Positions 12,993-26,794 of a stretch of DNA of 64,000 bases are shown here, in pieces. The position numbers were made by a program, and so were the translations under genes. Source of the DNA: Octopus sinensis (Eukaryota); contig NC_043000.1 in assembly GCF_006345805.1 (NCBI RefSeq), positions 69,068,001 to 69,132,000 of the forward strand, written 5' to 3'. The notes under the pieces are model-generated. The model was not told the origin of the DNA. It ran no database searches and worked only from the letters and a program-made list of their open reading frames with translations. How positions within the stretch are numbered: the first letter of the stretch is position 1; each line of letters begins with the position of its first letter.

Positions 12993-14970
12993 CTGCAACA
13001 AAGAAAGATACTCAATTTAAAGAAAATAACATTTAAATTAGTTTCAGATTTTTGTGACAAATTTTATCAAAGTAAAGATAAACCAATTTCCTCAATTGCT
13101 TAGAACGCCTAAACATTGGCGACTATATTTTATAAAATCTGAAGCAATAATTTAATTTTTCAAGATTAACATGCATGAAAGAAAAATAAATAATTAATGA
13201 TCAGAAACTTCAATCAACATAAAAGAATTGATCAATAATTATGCTCCTTTGTAAACAATGCCAATCCTGTCACTATCACAAAATACAATAAAATATAAAC
13301 AATGTAATTCGTAGATTTTTCTACCCATTTAAATCAATGTTAACGATCATTTCATTGTGATTGTCGCTATTTATAGCTCTAGACAAACACATTTCTCAAC
13401 ACCATTTTAAATCTACCAGCCTAAATAAGCTAAAACAAACCACTCATATATAATCATTTGTTTTTCAAAGACAGCATGTTTCCATGTCTCAATTCAGAAT
13501 TATTTTTTCCGTAGTACTTAATATTTGTAAGAGTAACCCTACTTACAAAATCTTCTTTCAGCTACCTCTATGGATAATTTCTCTCATAAATGCCCAGCTC
13601 TTTTTCATTCAAAATATATCATCCAGCCAATTGGAACATCAGAATGACAAAGGCTTTTTTAAAATGAATATCAAGTAATTGCAGCTATTCCACATCAAGG
13701 AAGTCCAATTCCTATCACGCCTATAGTTAGTACTAAAACATTCAGACATGCAAAAGTGAATGGACAACAAACTAGATACATCATACTTTACCTTATGCAG
13801 CTAAATACCATATGATAAAGTGAGCTGATGAAGCTAATCAATAACATGGCTCCCTACTTTATAACAGGCGATACTAACACAACACCAATAAATTACCTAC
13901 ACTGTGAAGCAAGCTGACTCCACTCTCAGAAGGATATCAGCTAGTAAATAGAATTTAATAATTACCTTCAACAAACCATTAGATATATCTGTTGGTTGAA
14001 TTAGTAGGTGAGAGAACTTGATGCTTAATCAATCTGTTCTGTAATCATTAGTGTCAAACTAAAAAAGCCAGCTTTCCTATTATTTTATGATTCTGCTGAC
14101 TCCTGCTAATCTATAAAATTCCATTGCTTGCCTTATTTACCATTATATTATCTAACTCAAGATCAGTTCTTCATTTCAACGACTCTCTACAGCTCATTTC
14201 TAACATATTATAAAGTAAATTGTCAAAAAAGAGAAAAAATACTAGAGCTTCCTTAAGCATTTAGTATGAAACTTTTTTCACCTGGCTCTACTTTTAGTCC
14301 CCTTAATACCTTAAATGCTTCATGTAACCTACATTTTAGACAACTTTTATTCACAGAAAAACTACAGTATTGCACCCTAAGCTGCAGTCATAATATTCAA
14401 ATGATTACAGTAATTGAAAAATCTTCTTTCCTAGGAATCAGTAACTTAAGTTTCATCCAATAAAAATGTTTTAACCCATATCCAGAATCTCACACCTAAC
14501 CTACAAAGTCATTTAAAAATATATAATTACTTCACTGAAAACTCAAAGCTAAAGATAATGCATGATTAATTCAAAACATTGTGAATAAATAAGCATTACA
14601 TTTGACAGATTAATCTGAATGCTAAAGGTTTAAACAATTTATACCCAAAATTTACTATAACTTATCTATCTCTTCTTTTGTAGATAATAAATTAACTGAA
14701 CCTAAATATCAAATATTAATTCACAGCTGAAATAAATACAAGCTTTTATAAAATATTAAAAATTCTAAGAAATGTTTGATCATATTCATAATAAGAAGGT
14801 AACAGTAAATGAACAAGTTCATTCACCTATATGGACAAAATTTCATAACAGAAACGTAAACCTATCCCCAACACACAAAATTTTATTTTTATTATTCTCA
14901 ATTTTTGAAAGAAATAATTAATTTTCATAAGCACACTATATGTTCTTAAGAAGCAGTAGCAAATAGTTAC

Positions 14971-14995
14971 CTCATGAGAGCAATCAGGTCTTCCC
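14971..14995 (-). CDS. 25-nt micro-exon 2 (R)GRPDCSHE
   Basis: Acceptor ttcattatttttcag and donor gtaact; phase 2 in and phase 0 out, which exactly joins exon 1 (ends AG) to exon 3 (starts TCA). Confidence 0.75.
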
Positions 14996-15661
14996 CTGAA
15001 AAATAATGAAGAAAAATTAAGTTAATTTAATTGAAAGCAACTACAAGCACATTAGAAAAACTCAGGTCAAGTATTGTTAAGATTGAGGAATATTCTATGT
15101 ATATTGATAATAAAAAAGTTGACTGTAAACTGCAGTCTGCACTGAATTTCTAGTTATGGTTGTTTGTTTACTTACTTTGCTAATTCTCTTGGGAAAAGGC
15201 ATGAATGTCACAATTACCAATTTGTTGAAGTCAATAAGATTCACAAGATACCTCTGATCATATGGATATGATGGTAATGAAAAGAAGCTCATTATTGCCA
15301 TCAATTTGAGATGGAGTCATATGCATAACACCACCAATCAACTTAATGCACCATTATCACCTCATATAATCTACATTAATAGTAGTGGTTATAAAGCAGT
15401 TTAAGTGAAATATACAGAGCTTTCATTTTAATAAGTAAATAATTTTTAATTCATTTAAATGAAATGTTTGGATCCCACTAATTTTGATAACATTATCCTT
15501 GATTATAATAAACAGCTTGTCTGTACTTTTAAAACCTTCAAAGATTGTGCCAACCTTAGTTCTTGATATAGTTTTTTTTTTGTCCTTGTCATATGTCATA
15601 AATGACTTTATATTCAATTACTAATACCAATCCAACGATTGTGTTCTTTTTTTTTCTTGTC

Positions 15662-16302
15662 AGGATCCTAGTAATCCTTGCCTTCAGTTCATCTTTGGTG
15701 TTACAAGGAGTTTTGTTGGTCTCTTGCTTAACTGTGCCCTACACATAATAATCAAGGGGGTTGCAGTCTGTGGAGAGGCCAGATGTTAGGGGTGATGTGG
15801 TCACAGAAATTGTTTGACAGCCATGACTGTGTTCTGCTTGTGTGGCATGGTGCAAAGTCCTGTTGGCAGACATAGGGTCATCCAGCAGTCACCCTCTTGA
15901 CCCAGGGCAGCACTACCTCCTCCAGGCACTTGATGTAGGCCTCTGTGTTGAGTCTGAAGTTGTGTGGGAAGATGAATGGAGGCATAACGTCACCATTACT
16001 AGTGATCACTCCAAACACCATGATGTTGACTGGATGATTGATTTTTATCACTCTCAGTACATGCACCACACTCAGATTGCCTCAAACACTCTAAAATGTT
16101 CCTATTGGAGCTTCTGGCATGAATGCCAAGCAGTATAACATGTTTCCAAATTTCTGACAGAGTGAAGTGAGTCATGGTATTGTTTTTCTCACAGACAGTG
16201 CCCAAATGACACTACTATACTGTGTAGTCAACAAAATTAAAAACAATGTGCATGCGCAAAATTAAAATTATAAAATGGCGACAATTTACCCATTGCACCA
16301 TG
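15662..16302 (-). mobile_element. Tc1/mariner relic, probably maT (DD37D), internally deleted
   Basis: ORF 15878..16069 IMVFGVITSNGDVMPPFIFP...YIKCLEEVVLPWV, followed by CQQDFAPCHTS...WP..DCNPLDYY; TIR-like end near 16300. Confidence 0.8.
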
Positions 16303-16479
16303 TACATGTCTATAGGCACACACACATACACACCAGTACATGAAATGCACATCACTCCACATAATCACAAACACAGGCCTACATAATTTTAAGTTCGTCC
16401 ACACATACATATTCATGAACTCACCCCCATTCACAATACACACACACATGCTTATGCACCTTAGTTCATCTGGGTCACC

Positions 16480-16925
16480 ATTATTATCTCCCTTTCATTA
16501 AGCCTTTTTCTTCCGGCCATCTCATCATGTTGAACTGTTAATCCCTACACTTTTTTTCTCTAAATCTTTTCTGTCAAAGAGTATAGGCTTGAAGCATCAA
16601 AGACTTTTCCGTTTTTCTGAGTGTTAAACTAATACACCTGTTTGTTGTTCCTTCACTTGTCTTCGTCTTTTGCCTTCTGTAAATTTGAACTATATACATA
16701 TCTATGTGTGTGTGTGTGTGTCTGTGTCCCCCTCTTCCATTTAACAACTAGGGTTGGCATGTATATGCCCCAATAACTTAGCAGTTTGGCAAAAGAAGCC
16801 AATAGAATAAGTACCAGGTTTTACAAAAAAATAAATACTGGGGTTGATAAGTTTGATTAAAATTTTCAAGGCAGTGTCCCAGCATGGTCACAGTCTTACG
16901 ACTGAAGCAAGTAAAAGATAACAGA
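16480..16925 (+). mobile_element. Penelope-like terminal repeat fragment (16480-16700) joined to a CORE-SINE 3' half
   Basis: 16560-16700 is the reverse-complement homologue of 42730-42860; SINE tail gactgaagcaagtaaaagat. Confidence 0.7.
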
Positions 16926-17099
16926 TTAGTGAACAATGACAAATGTCCCCACCACTAAACATCCATTTGTTACCTAGGTTACACAGTATAAAATAATTAC
17001 ATGCAATTTAATCTAGGAAAATTGAAACCTTTCCTTGATTACCTGATGCCATGCAATGCTAAATAACTGCTAGTAAATCTTAATTTTCCTTTGCAAAAA

Positions 17100-18200
17100 T
17101 GTCACTTATTTGCTTTACCTCTGCTTAAAACACTAATAGTTAATGATCCAGTTTCATTGATCTTATCTGAAACGCCACTACATACTAATACTGATGCTGT
17201 TGAAACTGTAATTTCAATTATCCTTTCACAGTGTATTAAACCTGTTCCTTTATTCTTCAGAAAACTGTTTTACCCTGAACAAAATCTCCCAGCAACTGAA
17301 AAGAAAGCTAGGGCTATCACAGAAAGTTTTAAGAGAATTTTTTTATTATTTCAAGACTATTTTACACGAAACATCAACTGACAAGTGATCTCATATTTAG
17401 TCGCAAAAGTAGAGGAAAAACAAGCAACAAGATTTTTCACTGGTACATTGAAATAGCACCACTCTACAACTACAGTGTCTGAAACATATCAAGCAAAGAT
17501 AAGGTTGCTAGTGATGCTTTTACCAGATGCTCCCCTATAATATTCTCTGGTATCACAAATTCACGTAATCTTTTGCATCATTCTGCAATGACTTGATTAT
17601 GGCACTACATCAGATTTAAGGACTTGTAATTTTTTTTAGGAGATGTTACAAAAATCTGTGATAACTGTATCATATACTCCCATCCTCTTCATGGACTTAT
17701 CAAGTTCACATAATTATTTGAGTGTCTCAGTATCAACTTCAAAGGTCTTCTAATCATGTCTAACTCTGTGCGGTTTGGTATGAGAGCTGCTTCAACACAT
17801 TTCTCAGGTTTGGTGCTCCAGCTTCAATCTACTCAAACCAAGGATCCCAATTTGTCTTGAGATCTCCATATCAACCAACTAAAAACAGTCAAGTAAAACA
17901 ACTAGATACAATTTTAAGAACAATAATGCTCTTCATTCAAGATGGCTAACAGGAAAATGGTTTTAAGAAAAATGCTTCATGTAACTAGATTCCTCACCTA
18001 ATATTTCATGATAGGCTAATTTTTAATGTTGTTCATCAATAGTTTGGTCTTTATTTGGATGGCACCCTGAAGTTGGAGAAAATTTGCTAAGACACTTTAA
18101 TCCCAACGTCAATTAATGATTAATGTTAGTCATCACTATTTTCATTTCAGATACCCCTGTGATCAAATTAATACTGTCTTAACTAAAGTTATAATTCTAT
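17100..18200 (+). mobile_element. Decayed Ty3/Gypsy pol fragment (RNase H to integrase), in intron 1 of the host gene
   Basis: ORF 17091..17381 TNTDAVETVISIILSQCIKPVPLFFRKLFYPEQNLPATEKKARAITESFK (RT-RNase H); then KIFHWYIEIAP...KVASDAL and LFECLSINFKGL (integrase start). Confidence 0.75.
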
Positions 18201-18490
18201 CTAGAAGACTTCTCCGTAAGAACTGATAAAACTCTAGTTCCACTGAGGAGTATTCCATTGGTAATTGCTGCAAGGCTAACTTGAAGAATCTAACTCAAGC
18301 AAGCTCTAGATCTGCTGATGACTTATGCTGAAAAGTACACAAGTTCAGGAAATGTGTGAATAGGAACAGTTTTGTACTAATTGAGAGCAAAATCATAGCT
18401 CTACCACTCATATTCCTGTCGCTCAACAAGAATTCAAAAACGATCAGAAAGACTTAATCATTAAAATGCTAGTGAGTGTTATGAAATTAA

Positions 18491-18710
18491 CCCTTTCGTT
18501 ACCAACCCGGCTGAAACCGGCTCTGACTTTGAGTACAAATGTCTTGTTTGCATAAGTTTTGAATTAAAATCTTCCACCAAACCTCAGTCACAATTTATGT
18601 TCCTAACACTAGCTGAATGATAACTAAGTTATTTTAATAAATTCTTTGTTATATTTAAAGTAATTGAAAGAAACACAGAGCTTCTGAAAATAAATACAGT
18701 AATGAAAGGG
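18491..18710. mobile_element. piggyBac-type MITE
   Basis: TIRs ccctttcgttac and gtaatgaaaggg, flanked by TTAA at 18487-90 and 18711-14. Confidence 0.85.
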
Positions 18711-21700
18711 TTAAAGCCATTTCCTTGACTGAGGGCTGACAGCTAACTATTTGCAGTAACAGTATTCATTTATATCATAAGCACTGAGGTCAATGTTTGA
18801 ATTGATTCAAATAATTTTATCTTCAATAACTGTTTCCCATCCAACAGTCAGAACTTATAGTTGCTTATTTCTAAGCAGTGATCACATTCCTTAGATATTA
18901 AAAGATACTAATACAAAGACATAAATTGCAGATTAAATGCACTCAAGATTACTGAGAAGAGTATACATAGGGAAGTTTTTAGACTGAAGAAAATCTCTTA
19001 GTCTACAAACTTTTGCAAATTCTAAAATCTCTTTAGTTCTATAACATTGAAAACTTTGACATAGAAATGATTGCTTTAAACTTACTCAATATAGAGGCTA
19101 TTTATTCTTTTAGATATCGGAATACTTTCATCAAATTCATCCTCAAGATTCCGAGGTCGTTTGCGACAGCAACTAGGAAAAGAAAGAAAAAAAAAACCCA
19201 TCAAAGCAGGAATATACAAAAAATATTGAAAACGATCAATAGAAGGCAAATTAAATATTTAAATAGAAAATAGGCATAGAATGGCATAATTCTAAATGCT
19301 TTATTAAATTAGTGTTAAGAGCTTTCAAAATTCTGTCCAAAACCTATACAAGAATCATTAAACCACTCCGCTGATACAGATTTTCTTTTACTAGAAATTG
19401 CTTGGATAATTTTAGAATGACATATATGAGGTTGTACTGCATTCTATTTTTTTTTACCTTAGCAAAAGGCCTAGATTAATGCATTTGGAATAATGTTTAG
19501 TGCAGAGTCTAAGAAAAACAAAGCAGGTGGGTGCACAGGGTGAACAGACTGCTAATTCAGTAGAGTAAAAACCAAGTAAAAAAATTGGTAAAAGATTTAG
19601 TGAGAAGAACTAGCATTATCTTTCACAGTGTAATGACAAGTGAATCAATCAATCAATCACATAGATTTTTATGACACTGCTGAGTGCCAGTTTAATGCAT
19701 GAATAACACTCTAATATTTCTTTACTTTGCAGAGAGTCAGCAACTTAGATCTTAAGATGCGAATTTAACTCTTTTGGAGGGACATAACTAAAACATTTGC
19801 CAAGGGTAGTTAGGGTAGAATTGGTAATATTGAGTGGAAATAATTGTTGTGTAGCAGCATGATATGAGGTATGTAGATATCAAACAATCATGAGATGGTT
19901 GTGTAAAGATCAGATTTAAAGGCAAAAAAGAGATCTAGAGTGTTGAGAGTTTCTGTATCAGTCTAATATTTGAACAAGACCTGACTTCACTGATGAGGAC
20001 ACAATAAAACCATAACTTGTCCAGAATTGCCTCCCATACTTATTAGAAAGTTAAAATATTAATTACTGATTAATATAGCTTTTGCCTTGCTGCATACTTC
20101 TTTCTGGCTAGCTTTTTTATGTTTTATGCACTTATAAATGTTGAAGCCAACTTCACTGTTTTCTGAATTCTTTAAACAGCTATTTTTCCTACGTCAACCA
20201 AAATACAATCTTAAGAGATGCAGTAAAATATACAATAGAAAAAAAAAGTTTTTATGGCTAAATAATATTTATTTCGATTAAAATCGATCATGAAAGAGAG
20301 TAAGGTAAAATCGTCCCAGACCAGATCTTAACTCTTAGTCATTACTATGCTTGACACAAATGCAAAAAAAACCCTGCAGCTAGCATTGTTATTACTGTGA
20401 AAAATACTCAAGAGATTCTCATGATTAGAAAGAAGTTTTATTTTTTGTGTATATCTTATGTGCTATATAATATATATATATACATACGAACATACACACT
20501 GGAATTTTAATTAGAAGCACCCATTTTCCAGATGCTATGTGGGTGACCTTGATATTAAACAAACTTAAAATCACTATCAGAAAGCCATCCATTGGCCTGA
20601 GCTTGAAAATACTCTAGCCAATAAGAGAGCCTCTACGTGGTTGATCGCCCTGCTAAAAATAGCAGCCATATTTTTCTCAAATCATACATTGCCGTCATGG
20701 ATAGGGCAATCGCGACTGGAACGCCTTAGATCTAGACCAGATTGAGGTTAAACAACAACTTCAAAATAATCATCTCAGTCGATTTTATGGAATATATAAG
20801 TTATGGCTCATACTTTGAGGTTTAATATCCAGTTGGTTAAAACAGCTCACAGCACTAGTAAAACGATGATGTATTGTATTTACAAATATCGTTGTTCTCA
20901 TGGAAGAAACGAATAGTTCTGTTTCATCATTTTTTGTTCTCTCTTCAAATCTCGTTGGAGAAGACTTTACTACTCATCCATCCGAGGCGGACGCTGTACA
21001 ATACCGATCAAATTCACTAAACCCGACTAAGCAATGCACTCTAGTACAAGATACCATTATAGTTATATATTAAAAACTCTGAACAGAATGCATTTTTAAC
21101 AGTCATCCATTGAAATATGAATGTCCACCAGTCTATTTGTTAAAGCATGAATTTTGATTGCTGCTTCGTAATAAAACTTCATTATTACACGAATTACTCT
21201 GTGTGTAAGTGTGTGTGTGCGTGCGTAAACAGTTGAATATGCTTGAATTAAATAAACTTTGTATCTATTTATCTGAATTTTTCACGAGGAATTTGAAAAT
21301 AAGAATTTATACGTAAGTTAATTAGGTTCATAACTTGCAACATTTTAAGTCCCAAACATTGAATCAGCTGATTCAGAAACACTGACAAAGGCAAAGCTAA
21401 ATAAATACTATGTCTAAAAATAGAAAGCAGCAGAAAGGAAAAGAAAAAAATGAAATCGCTCAAACTTTATTTGAAAATACTTCATATGTATGACTTCAAC
21501 AGAAAATAAAAAGGGAAAGGAAGACCATTGGTAATATTACTAATAGGTTAGTTAGACACCTATGTCGACAAAACACGATACTAACCAACTTCATATGTAT
21601 CAAATAAAAATTAGCTACCAAATAGTTATGGATAAACAAATTTACTGCGAGTAGATTTATTCTTTATGTTCATAACGAAAGTATTCCGGATTTAAATTTT

Positions 21701-22884
21701 TAAATAATTAAAAAAATATTTTGTGATCAAACATTATTTAACCTATATGATGCGTTTTTCGTAACCTTTAAAAATAGGGTGAAAGAAATTAGCAAGAGTG
21801 TACGAGACACGGATGACAAGGGACATTATACATTCATGGAACACTGTATAAAGCACTTTGTTGATTACCTACTACATATACTGCAAAACACGTGAGGAAT
21901 AAACGTATAAGTATATGAAATATACACGAAACGAATTAATTGTGCGAGGAACATCATATTTACAGCAAAAAGTTACATGGCTACTGAGCGTGTATGCTGT
22001 CATTATAAAATCTAATTTAACGACTCCTATTTTTAGGATGAAGCTATACAACTATAAGACAAGCCTGTAATCTACGGCGATCAACTACATTTTACAGTCC
22101 TTAGTTTTAGATACGGCATTGCGGTGTCTAAATGACTGTATGACTATCGACAGTATTGCATGAATATCGATTTACGTAAATAGAACTCTTATTTATAAAG
22201 TAGTGGAAATCAGACTGGTTTTCACTTTCTACTTTTAAGGGTATAAGTGACGTCAAACGAAACCAAATCATAACAAGCCTTTACGTGGTCCCTTCACTAG
22301 CTAGAAATAGCAGATACAAACACCATCCAACCGTCTAAAAATGAAGGACAGAAAAAATAATGAAGTCTCAGATACAGTGTTAGAAAATATATATAATAGA
22401 TAAATAAATACACAAATAAATAAACGGACTGTTAAAGTTTTGATCAGCCGAGCTGAACTGGGAGCAAATAAGAGCCAAATCACGGACTTGTCGAGAACTT
22501 ATACATGACAAATTACCATCTATACTGTCCAGAGTTACAACTCATTATTCTTTTTACATATTTACAAGTTTGTATCGGTATGAATAACTATTTACTTACT
22601 AATTATTCGTGGTGTCGAATTAATTTATATTTCCATATCGTCCTATAACACTAACACAATATACAAGAACTAAAAACCGACAGTAATGTCAATACATTAC
22701 GCAACGATAGCTGTAGCATGAAGTTAGAGGATTCTTCAAAGTTAGGTTGATAAAACTATAAAATGTTCGGGATGTAAAATACAAAAAAGAATTGAAGGAT
22801 TCCATCAAATATAGAGAAATATTTGCAAGGATTCTGCACGAATGAAAATTAGGTTTATTATAGAAGAAATATATGCAAACATAC

Positions 22885-22940
22885 CTTAATGTCATATCAA
22901 GATTTTCGAAATGGCTATCCAAATCAACACCAGTCCTCAT
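22885..22940 (-). CDS. Coding exon 1 of the FAM104/VCF-like gene (MRTGVDLDSHFENLDMTLR)
   Basis: First in-frame ATG after an upstream in-frame TAG; donor AAG|gtatgt; phase matches the micro-exon; CpG-containing promoter directly upstream. Confidence 0.7.
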
Positions 22941-23007
22941 GGTTGTTGGGAGAACAATCAGATGTTGACAGAACTCCCTTCCAGCAAGCGACGACTACGC
23001 TTAACAT
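22924..23007 (-). other. 27-codon upstream ORF overlapping the main start codon (MLSVVVACWKGVLSTSDCSPNNHEDWC*)
   Basis: ATG at 23007-23005 is out of frame with the main ATG (67 nt upstream); TGA at 22926-22924 lies inside the main CDS. Confidence 0.5.
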
Positions 23008-23019
23008 GAGATATAGACC

Positions 23020-23085
23020 ACTGCGCATGTCCACACAGCTGAGTCGTATAGAAAGAAAAGACCCAGCATGACGTCACTTCCTATG
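23020..23085 (-). promoter_or_regulatory. Housekeeping-type promoter: NRF1-like TGCGCATG and overlapping ETS-CRE (AGGAAGTGACGTCA on minus)
   Basis: TGCGCATG at 23022-29, TGACGTCA at 23069-76 and CACTTCCT at 23075-82, 80-140 nt upstream of the ATG. Confidence 0.65.
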
Positions 23086-26068
23086 TCATAAATACTACCA
23101 CTATTCTTCAATAATGCTAATTTGTTTATATTTTAATGTAGTTTTGCATTATATATATATCATATACATATGTGTTATATATGTAATAATTATTATCTCT
23201 GTTGGTAATAAAACTTTGATGTATTTTGCAAAAAAAAAAAAAAAGAAGTAATTTATTTATTTATTTATTCAGAAATTTCATCTGAAAATACAGTTTTTTC
23301 CCCGAATCAACTCGAGAGTTTCTTACTTGGTCATCCAACCTGCTAAAAATAGCAGACAAAAATTCGTCCAATCACTTTCTACTTGAATAAGCATTCATTG
23401 AACAGTATAATCCTGGATACATTAAAAGAAGAAAAAACAAGATGAGATGATCGTAATAGGAATACTGGTTAGTACTGATCTGAGTTAAATACCGACAGCA
23501 TACATTATTTTGTACTGATTTGTTTGGTATTGCTATGTCTGCTTTAATGAAAGCGTAGGTGGTCGGTCAGCCTCAGCCAACATCATTGATTTGTCTGTAA
23601 CCAAGATTTAATTCACAAATAACGAAGTGTATGTTGCTGTAATTAATTGCTACAGGACAAGAACAGCTTGCTACTGTTAAATGTATTAGTTGTTATTTAG
23701 CTCCAGCCAGCTCTGATCAAGCGAACCAATGATCAGAGGCATTTTTGCTGTGACCGCCCTGTATTTTATTCAGCTATAATATGTCAAGGGTCACATTATT
23801 CAATATACCCTTCCTTGCTTGAAGACGAAAGGGTGTCATTTGAGAGAGAATGGGATTCTGCTTTTTGTAGGAAGGTTACTTCGTTGGCTTGTGGTTCGTT
23901 ATTTTAAATCTTCTTGTGAAGGTGTGGAAGCCACTTTTATTTATTTGTTTTATCGGGATTTGTTCTGATAGTGAGCTATGTTTTGTGTGCAAGAACTGTT
24001 CCATGTTACACCTTATGTATAGGTACCTTCTGTCTTGTAGATATCCTCCATACACACTCTTCTAAGAGTAGAACCCTTCAGAATAAAATTTTCAAGGACA
24101 AATCCTCCACATTTATAATGTAAAGTAGGACAGAAAACCTCCGATAAAAAGAAAAAAAAAAAAAACCACGAATACATTGTGAAGATTTTCGAAACCAAAA
24201 TTTTAAGAAAATGAAATGATTGATTTATTAATTATTCAATTTTAGTTTAATTATAGAAATACACATTACATTACTTTGATCTCAAAAAATGTTTTGTCTA
24301 CCTGAAGAGATAGTGTTCAAGGGAGTTTCATCTGAGGACAATAGTTTCCCAAATTTTTTTCTAGAAATTAAAAGTGGATCTCTGTCGGTTCCAACGATTG
24401 GTATTTAGTTGTTTGATCAACTGAACTATTAATTCTTTGCATTAGCATAAAAGTGACTGAGTATTCCGCCTACATATGCAGGCAGATAGCATAACAAAGC
24501 TGTACCTTGAATTACAGATGGAATCTATCTGAAAGGCTTCTGCACAGTTTCAGTTTTTCCACCTGAAGTAATGGTAAAAGACTCTTACCCGAGATGCTAC
24601 TCAGTCGGATGGAATCTGAAATCTCATGATTCGTGCACAATTCTGATACATTTCAATACTTACTGTTCAGTGTTGCTGTAGATTTAATCGAAATGCAATC
24701 TATATTATAAAAGTCAAGATGATCTCTGTCTGTCTGCCCGTCACAGCATATATGTAGAAAGGGGAGGAGAATGAAATACAGTGAGAAAAAGGGGGAGAGA
24801 GAGAACGTGTGTGTGAAAGATAAATAGATAGATAGGGTTGTCACTATAGTAATCAAGTTTTGATTAAAAAGCAGGAATTTTGAGCACAAGTCTGTCAACA
24901 CAATGCAACAAAACACAGACTTCAAAAAAAAGACAATGCAACACAGACCTAAAAATAAGACGACTTTTACTATATAAGTCTACTATTAAGTGGCTGTACC
25001 ATAGGGAGCCATGACATTTTTCATGAGAGAAAGAGAGAGAAAGTGTATGTGTGTGTAAAAGATAGAATTAAAATGTTTATTTTAAATAAATGTTATTGTT
25101 CAACAGTATTCAAACTGTTATTAATCTTCACTGAGAAAGTCAATCTAAACATTATTTGAACAACCTATGAAGGTATGTGCATGATTAACAAATATTCTTA
25201 CTGGCAGTGTAGCGACTGATAAAGACCTAGTTGAGATAATTGTTTTGTGAATACCAGAGTTTAAATGAGGGTTTAATCCTTGAAACAGCTAGCTTGTATT
25301 TGAGCTTGCATTAACTGGTTTCTGATCTTGATAAGACATAGTTGATTGTTGGGAACCCAATTTCACATGTTTAGGTCATAAGAAATGGATGGAATATATC
25401 ATTAGAGTTGTGTATCCTGTTGCTTCTTGCTGAAGTCAGAAAGCTGTAATATTATCAATAGCATTGAATGTGCTAGAGGCTGTAGCAGTAACTATCTAGT
25501 TACCACTAGTTCAGAGACAGGAAATATAAAAATAACAGCTAAGTGGTGGTTTTCAGTCATGTGGTGTAGAGAAATAGATGGACATAGCAATGACGTGAAT
25601 GGCTCTAAGTTTAATCGACTAAGAAGCAAAGAGCAGGGTTAGCAAGCAGTTTTTTTAATGGAACGCTAGACATTCTAGAAACTTCCAAGAGAAATGCTAA
25701 GCTTCTTGAATAATTAAGAATCATGTTTCATGACACAGATGCTTTGAGAAACTTAGAAATGGAGGTTATTTTATAATCTTTCTTGCAAGGGAGATCATTC
25801 AACTACAAGGCCTGAACTTCAGGAATTTGACATTGCAATGTTGGTGTCAGAAATGACTCTATGCAGTGTTCCTCAGTACAGCCTTGCTTTCATGAAATTA
25901 CTGTCATCGATTTGAAACTGTTCATATAAGGTAATCTTATCTCTTAATGTATACATTTAAACTAAGAAAAGATAAAACATTTTAAGCTTACATAATTCCA
26001 TACTTGATTCCAGAACAATATCTCTTCATGCTAAGAAAGAAGCAAGTAAGCTGGGGAATATAAAGCTA

Positions 26069-26794
26069 TAAAGGTGCATTCCAGAAGTTTTCAAACTTTT
26101 CAAGGGAGACATTTATTAATTTCAAAGAAGTATAAAACCCTTACCTCCTTCAATGCACTTATTGTAGCACTACAACCACTTCGTGAAGGTCCTATGGAAG
26201 TCCTCCAAACTGAAGTTGCCCAGGATCCTTGTCACGGCATCCTTCATCTTCAAAACAACTGCCCCTGGGGTTTTTCTTCAGTATTGAGAACAGCCAAAAG
26301 TCACAGGATGCAAGACCTGGACTGTAGGGAGAGTGAAGAGCAGTTTTGATTTCTATCTCTGTCCAATTGTTCATTACTGAGCTACCTGGGAATTTGGCAT
26401 ATGTTCAGATCTTCATGAATAATTCTATGTATAGTTGTCACACCAACTCCAAACTGTATACTCATTGCCTTTGTAGACACTCAATGATCTTCATCCAGAA
26501 AATAAACGTCCCGACTGCATTCTGCAACCTAGACAGCTATGACAAGCAATGTGTGTTCAAAGTGCTGTTACAGCCATCTATTTCAATATGGATTAACAAA
26601 AGTGGGCAGGTCAGCTTATTAGATGTATACTAATGATATTACAATAATCTGGGCCAGTTATAACTTCCTCTCCTAAAGAAGTCTGAAAACTTCTGGAATG
26701 CACTGCATAATTCACAAGAGCAATATTCCTTCTAATCTAGGAGAGTTATAACTGTCACTCTTAAAAAGTCTGAAAACTTCTGGAATGCACTTCA
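26069..26794 (-). mobile_element. Internally deleted mariner with a duplicated terminus
   Basis: TIR ggtgcattccagaagttttca(a/g)actttt on the left and twice on the right; ORF 26192..26374 contains PYSPGLASCDFWLF. Confidence 0.85.

Noticed and set aside
13750-13835. Possible additional exon in intron 2 (donor-like AAG|gtaaag at 13790)
   Set aside because: The candidate 42-nt exon has an in-frame TAG in the required phase.
19985-20015. CTGATGAG hammerhead-like core (a similar decayed motif near 50140-50175)
   Set aside because: The GAAA half and stems are not intact; at best decayed Penelope ends.
20900-21073. 57-codon plus-strand ORF in intron 1
   Set aside because: Short, no homology recognised, within chance expectation.
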